From an uncultured virus (IMG/VR IMGVR_UViG_3300033463_000112) (taxonomy: Duplodnaviria; Heunggongvirae; Uroviricota; Caudoviricetes): a stretch of 20,000 nucleotides of DNA. The stretch lies in the IMG/VR virus record IMGVR_UViG_3300033463_000112. One strand, written 5' to 3'. Of this stretch, positions 18,601-20,000 are shown piece by piece. Below the pieces are notes generated by a model. The model did no database searches, had not been told where the DNA came from, and saw nothing but the letters and a program-made list of their open reading frames with translations. Made by a program: the position numbers and the translations under genes. Positions within the stretch are counted from its first letter, which is position 1. Each line of letters begins with the position of its first letter.

Positions 18601-19648
18601 TACCGGGTGGGTTGATTCCGAGCACGGCCGCCTGATGATTGCCGCCGGTATCCCCGATAACGGAGTTGCGGAGGCAAAGACCAACGCCGCAACCAGAATC
18701 TTTGAGGACGGTACGATTATTACCAATAAGCTGATTGCTGAAGGAGCTTCGTTCTCTGACGCTGTTATGGAGCAGATTGCCGCCAACGAGGCCTTCTTTA
18801 ACAACCTTGTGGCAAAACAGCTTGCTACGTCTGGCACTACGTCCCTCCAGATTGCCGAAAACGAAATTAAGGTATTCGACAGCAACGGAGCACTCCGCAC
18901 GTGGGTACATGGTAACGACCTTACGGACCGCGCTACGCAAACTACCGAGAGTATTTCCTACAATGCCGGCTCGAGCAGTTCCGGAAAAACCGGACTTTCC
19001 ACGACTAAGAATGTTGGTAGTTTCTCTATTGGGTCCTCGAGCGACACAATCAAGATTTCAGGGACAAAGGCGTTTTCGTTCGGATTCTACGGAAAGTGCG
19101 GCTCTCAGGTATCACCCAGCATCATGTCGATTGCCTGCTCTCTCCAGATTAAGATTAAGCACATACCGTCCGGAACTGTTACGACGCTGTATTCTGGAAC
19201 TGGTGAACTCACGTTTACGGCTGGTCCTAATATGACTGTCGGCAACTCGATAACGATTACAGCCTCGCAAGCAACGGCAATTTCCGGCCTTGCAACTGGC
19301 CCCTATCAGCTGCTCATTTATTGGGGAATGAACCCGAATAGTAGCCAGCTTTACTACGCAATGGATACCGCCAACTACTCCGCGTCCCAACAGAACGGAG
19401 CCGGGGCCGTAACGGTTGTGCACGAAAATACGGGTATCGAACAGCTTACCGAAATTGGTAAGAACGGTATCCAGATTTTCAAGGATTCCACTCACTACCT
19501 CCGCCTCGGCGGCTGTAACTATTCTCAGGGCCAGAACCTCGGAGGATTTGAGTTCAGGGGCGGTAACTACGGCCTGATGCTACACCCGGCCATTGGCTTT
19601 ATGAAGTATGATTCATCTTCTAATACGTGGGTAAGTATAACGCTATAA
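12665..19648 (+). CDS. Giant tail-tip/central fibre protein (Tal-like hub fused to fibre/coiled-coil repeats)
   Basis: 2327 aa. N-terminal hub-like region (YEYGKGKGL...NRLYVYGSQRNM...EIYPTL...GDHFVLLDIAMPEMY), then HTHNNKEVLD, A-x-x triplet repeats, LELDEITVRKTMKVFELIIQ domain, Ala-rich coiled coils with four repeated modules, and a Ser/Thr/Gly-rich beta C-terminus. Confidence 0.85.
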   Translation: MRFDIIQNNAPIANGAPSFTGTYLKPGVLTFREIASPFPIQWKIGDYVDYPRTGLRYYLYNIPQVKKQAGYKTYGGAYLYQNVQLHDASYELEICPFRDLVHNDNLVHFSTQSAISVFDDVAGIAERIQACLDSFHPGAWKIQLATAEMGAPTELLALMQEEREFSVSGVSLLGVLDKVYEIWPEVGWVYSFENGLNTITIGGAGLNGAGDQYEYGKGKGLVSLTKTAANTEEIANRLYVYGSQRNMLANWYNTQEIYGAESVDIQNLMLPSDPVTGEAVKYVYDGKIYTYSGKIYTFAGPTSNYNGWGRTEGLPDPAKAYIEDLASIAAKGLRAKSIYFDGSGDLKEIYPTLERVTMAEVRAASPEYVPSAIWYDSDRVDEVLSCENPADYGLASGSTGKGADVVEYGTYNHNGEYKTIAVGSILTTGLFEGEFNVGSGAAELVIEHPSVGMIGGATNVQLGFRFYLKRGSADPVRFYETRINLTKGDAGSYSTAAGSVTCDDTPVFQSGDKVVVQMFLDLWNMGTDTSATELLTNCSGTLTYKSKVFRTKTFKLTLKQIGFNISEQAELGDGMTLAMRTGDCAGREFKIKSATYAQNTDTWELEIIRSEDESLAQWFPNLDYQIATGDHFVLLDIAMPEMYIKIAEKRLLAAGQEVLADMAKEQWQYVPDIDAKFMVETGRIILPAQNITLCDDITPNGSPVKILVDSVTINESDAAIPTYKVTLRDKKKKSYSDKASVTQISSRPVEETPAQAETQTSGGSSGGGSGDGHTHNNKEVLDKLGLNGLYLLADGSKIQAGYSDTAGDATHATNADEALDAAHADAADEALHADDADHADDADHADLADQATLADYATDSDKWDGEHFGDYLNQPVRTTDDVQFGKVTTPEVKSANFTTGPLGVGYSLKQIPNGSATLELDEITVRKTMKVFELIIQQILYQGGIVIYSAAAIECTRVVELETGYKCFFDTKEDNDGHAQVPNLFAVGDQARCQRFQLANTVAKYYWRLVTEVGTDYIILSKADCDTGSGVPAAGDNIVQLGNRTQTARMNAQVITVNDGNSPRTDYYKGINSYDLTGKLITTVGVKNGEVGVWTKNGSFEGVVTIGSGSSGLQNMEEWTDLSNSIIAAQTAADKALSLLADINDDAVLDLNEKNVIRTEWVTINGIESTSSTSPRGSYSTLKAQYEKYASLIGRASYTYDGYVFTYNGLKFTYRSVGVAGLDAAYLELREFLATLNLNNREEVYRGFDRTKFSNLLTAYYDAELKVSDAISQALQNEIAITKAEILADLAAFEGVINNTVEEMQAIIDNTIETWFAAGTPTTSNLPASAWTTEELRERHLGDLYYDNGSADSTDPDYSPTAGFAFRWQRVEVDGAYVYSWNMLPDSAVAEALAKANQAQDTADGKRRTFLTQPGQNDEYDPGDMWLHATAGTYTDETLVATVHKDAGTAFNIADWSRADKYTDDTVANAAAAAARAAQSDATQALADALAAANAAAAAQGDATAALNKLSIWASDGYISPEEKSALRQQRADIEAEKIQICADAALYPTVSDTDYVAAYNAICGTNGVFDKYTAASPENIPVVAAELALIDAYYAERTDILNDIAAAAKSKADAAQTAANNAQAAADAAQADATQALSDAAAAQATANQAVQDAATAQSKADSAYSIATANQTKLNTWASDGYISPNEKTALKQQQKDIQTEEADILTQASKYGVSTTAYEAAYTLANTALTKYTAASPESIQIDSDYANIAAYYDARTTILAAIATAAKAYAQTATELAEYACAAIKDINDDTVLDISEKASIRTLWISINGDVDTGRTGSSGTYYKAKQMLADAAASDAPQLAYVFNDKIYTFNGKIYTYNSVGEAELDAAYLALREYLASVQLNVNEPFSGFSRSIYSARVRDYNVALNNVFKVLSDVAQATADEALAKSNAVEYLKNALAADNTVISGGMVLSSFIGVKDGNNVKAGINASGNITGWVDSEHGRLMIAAGIPDNGVAEAKTNAATRIFEDGTIITNKLIAEGASFSDAVMEQIAANEAFFNNLVAKQLATSGTTSLQIAENEIKVFDSNGALRTWVHGNDLTDRATQTTESISYNAGSSSSGKTGLSTTKNVGSFSIGSSSDTIKISGTKAFSFGFYGKCGSQVSPSIMSIACSLQIKIKHIPSGTVTTLYSGTGELTFTAGPNMTVGNSITITASQATAISGLATGPYQLLIYWGMNPNSSQLYYAMDTANYSASQQNGAGAVTVVHENTGIEQLTEIGKNGIQIFKDSTHYLRLGGCNYSQGQNLGGFEFRGGNYGLMLHPAIGFMKYDSSSNTWVSITL
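15068..15250 (+). repeat. Three-residue-period acidic A-x-x repeat (ADHADDADHADLAD) in tail-tip protein
   Basis: YSDTAGDATHATNADEALDAAHADAADEALHADDADHADDADHADLADQATLADYATDSDK; matching 9-nt periodicity in the DNA. Confidence 0.85.
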
Positions 19649-19669
19649 CACCTTTATTTATAATACATT

Positions 19670-20000
19670 ATGTCTGCAACCGAAAAACCAGTAACCGAAT
19701 TGACGGTTTACACCGACCCCGCAATGGTGGCCGGTAAGGCGGTCCTGCTCCATAATCCAACTACCGGTGACGCAATCGCGTTCGATGCGAGTAAGTTGGT
19801 GGCAACGGCTAAGGACCTCTCCATGTATTCGATTGACGGAACCTCCCTGATGCTCAGGGAAACCGCCAACTCGTATGTTGTGCGCACGACGGGCGTTTAC
19901 AAACTCCCTCTTGTGTACGGTAACGCTATCAAGGGCGGCCAGACCAATTCTGCCGCTTATACACGTCAGGGATCAGACTACACGGCTGAATTTGTGAACC
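19670..20000 (+). CDS. Tail fibre/adhesin-like protein, N-terminal part (runs off window end)
   Basis: Not in the ORF track. ATG 19670 follows an A/T-rich leader: MSATEKPVTELTVYTDPAMVAGKAVLLHNPTTGDAIAFDASKLVATAKDLSMYSIDGTSLMLRETANSYVVRTTGVYKLPLVYGNAIKGGQTNSAAY... Open to the window end. The CDS is clear; the product is inferred. Confidence 0.7.
   Translation, partial: MSATEKPVTELTVYTDPAMVAGKAVLLHNPTTGDAIAFDASKLVATAKDLSMYSIDGTSLMLRETANSYVVRTTGVYKLPLVYGNAIKGGQTNSAAYTRQGSDYTAEFVN

Larger units (their letters stand above)
1..20000. mobile_element. Siphovirus-type phage/prophage morphogenesis module, probable Bacteroidota host
   Basis: Continuous terminase-head-neck-tail gene set with no tail sheath gene. 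Bacteroidota-type -7 promoter elements; most starts are preceded by A/T-rich sequence with no Shine-Dalgarno. Confidence 0.93.

Noticed and set aside
5196..19495. Other long minus-strand or alternate-frame ORFs (e.g. 7781-9115, 13844-15097, 15119-17101, 17432-18940)
   Set aside because: They are shadows of codon-biased plus-strand structural genes, with no motifs or expression signals.
1..20000. Stop-codon reassignment (TAG or TGA), as in some gut phages
   Set aside because: All long genes are intact under code 11, and the TAG codons at 1497, 4205 and 7538 fall at sensible gene ends.
1..20000. CRISPR array, tRNA, intron/intein, invertible shufflon or template/variable repeat pair
   Set aside because: By eye I found no regularly spaced repeat-spacer array, cloverleaf, interrupted gene, recombinase gene or adenine-specific repeat pair. 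The repeats found are in-frame coding duplications.

Overview
Virion morphogenesis region of a long-tailed (sipho-type) dsDNA phage or prophage. A Bacteroidota host is inferred from TAnnTTTG promoter elements, A/T-rich Shine-Dalgarno-less starts and protein motifs. The large terminase runs leftward off the window (1..1248, minus strand; missing from the ORF track). A divergent plus-strand run encodes a 53-aa CxxC-CxxC zinc-ribbon protein, scaffold, head decoration protein, major capsid, four head-tail joining proteins, major tail protein, tail chaperone with a -1 frameshift partner, a 1496-aa tape measure, a Dit-like protein, a 2327-aa modular tail-tip protein, and the start of a further tail/adhesin-like gene (19670 onward). 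The most interesting signal is regulatory. Three promoters share one exact geometry: TCAATACAwwTCAATA, 29 nt, TAAnwTTG, 6-9 nt, ATG. Two are fused into a 74-bp dyad between terL and the head genes, and the third lies 10.8 kb away before the tail-tip genes. The zinc-ribbon gene is followed by Com-site-like repeats and a strong terminator that separates it from the head operon, which suggests a late-gene activation plus antitermination circuit.
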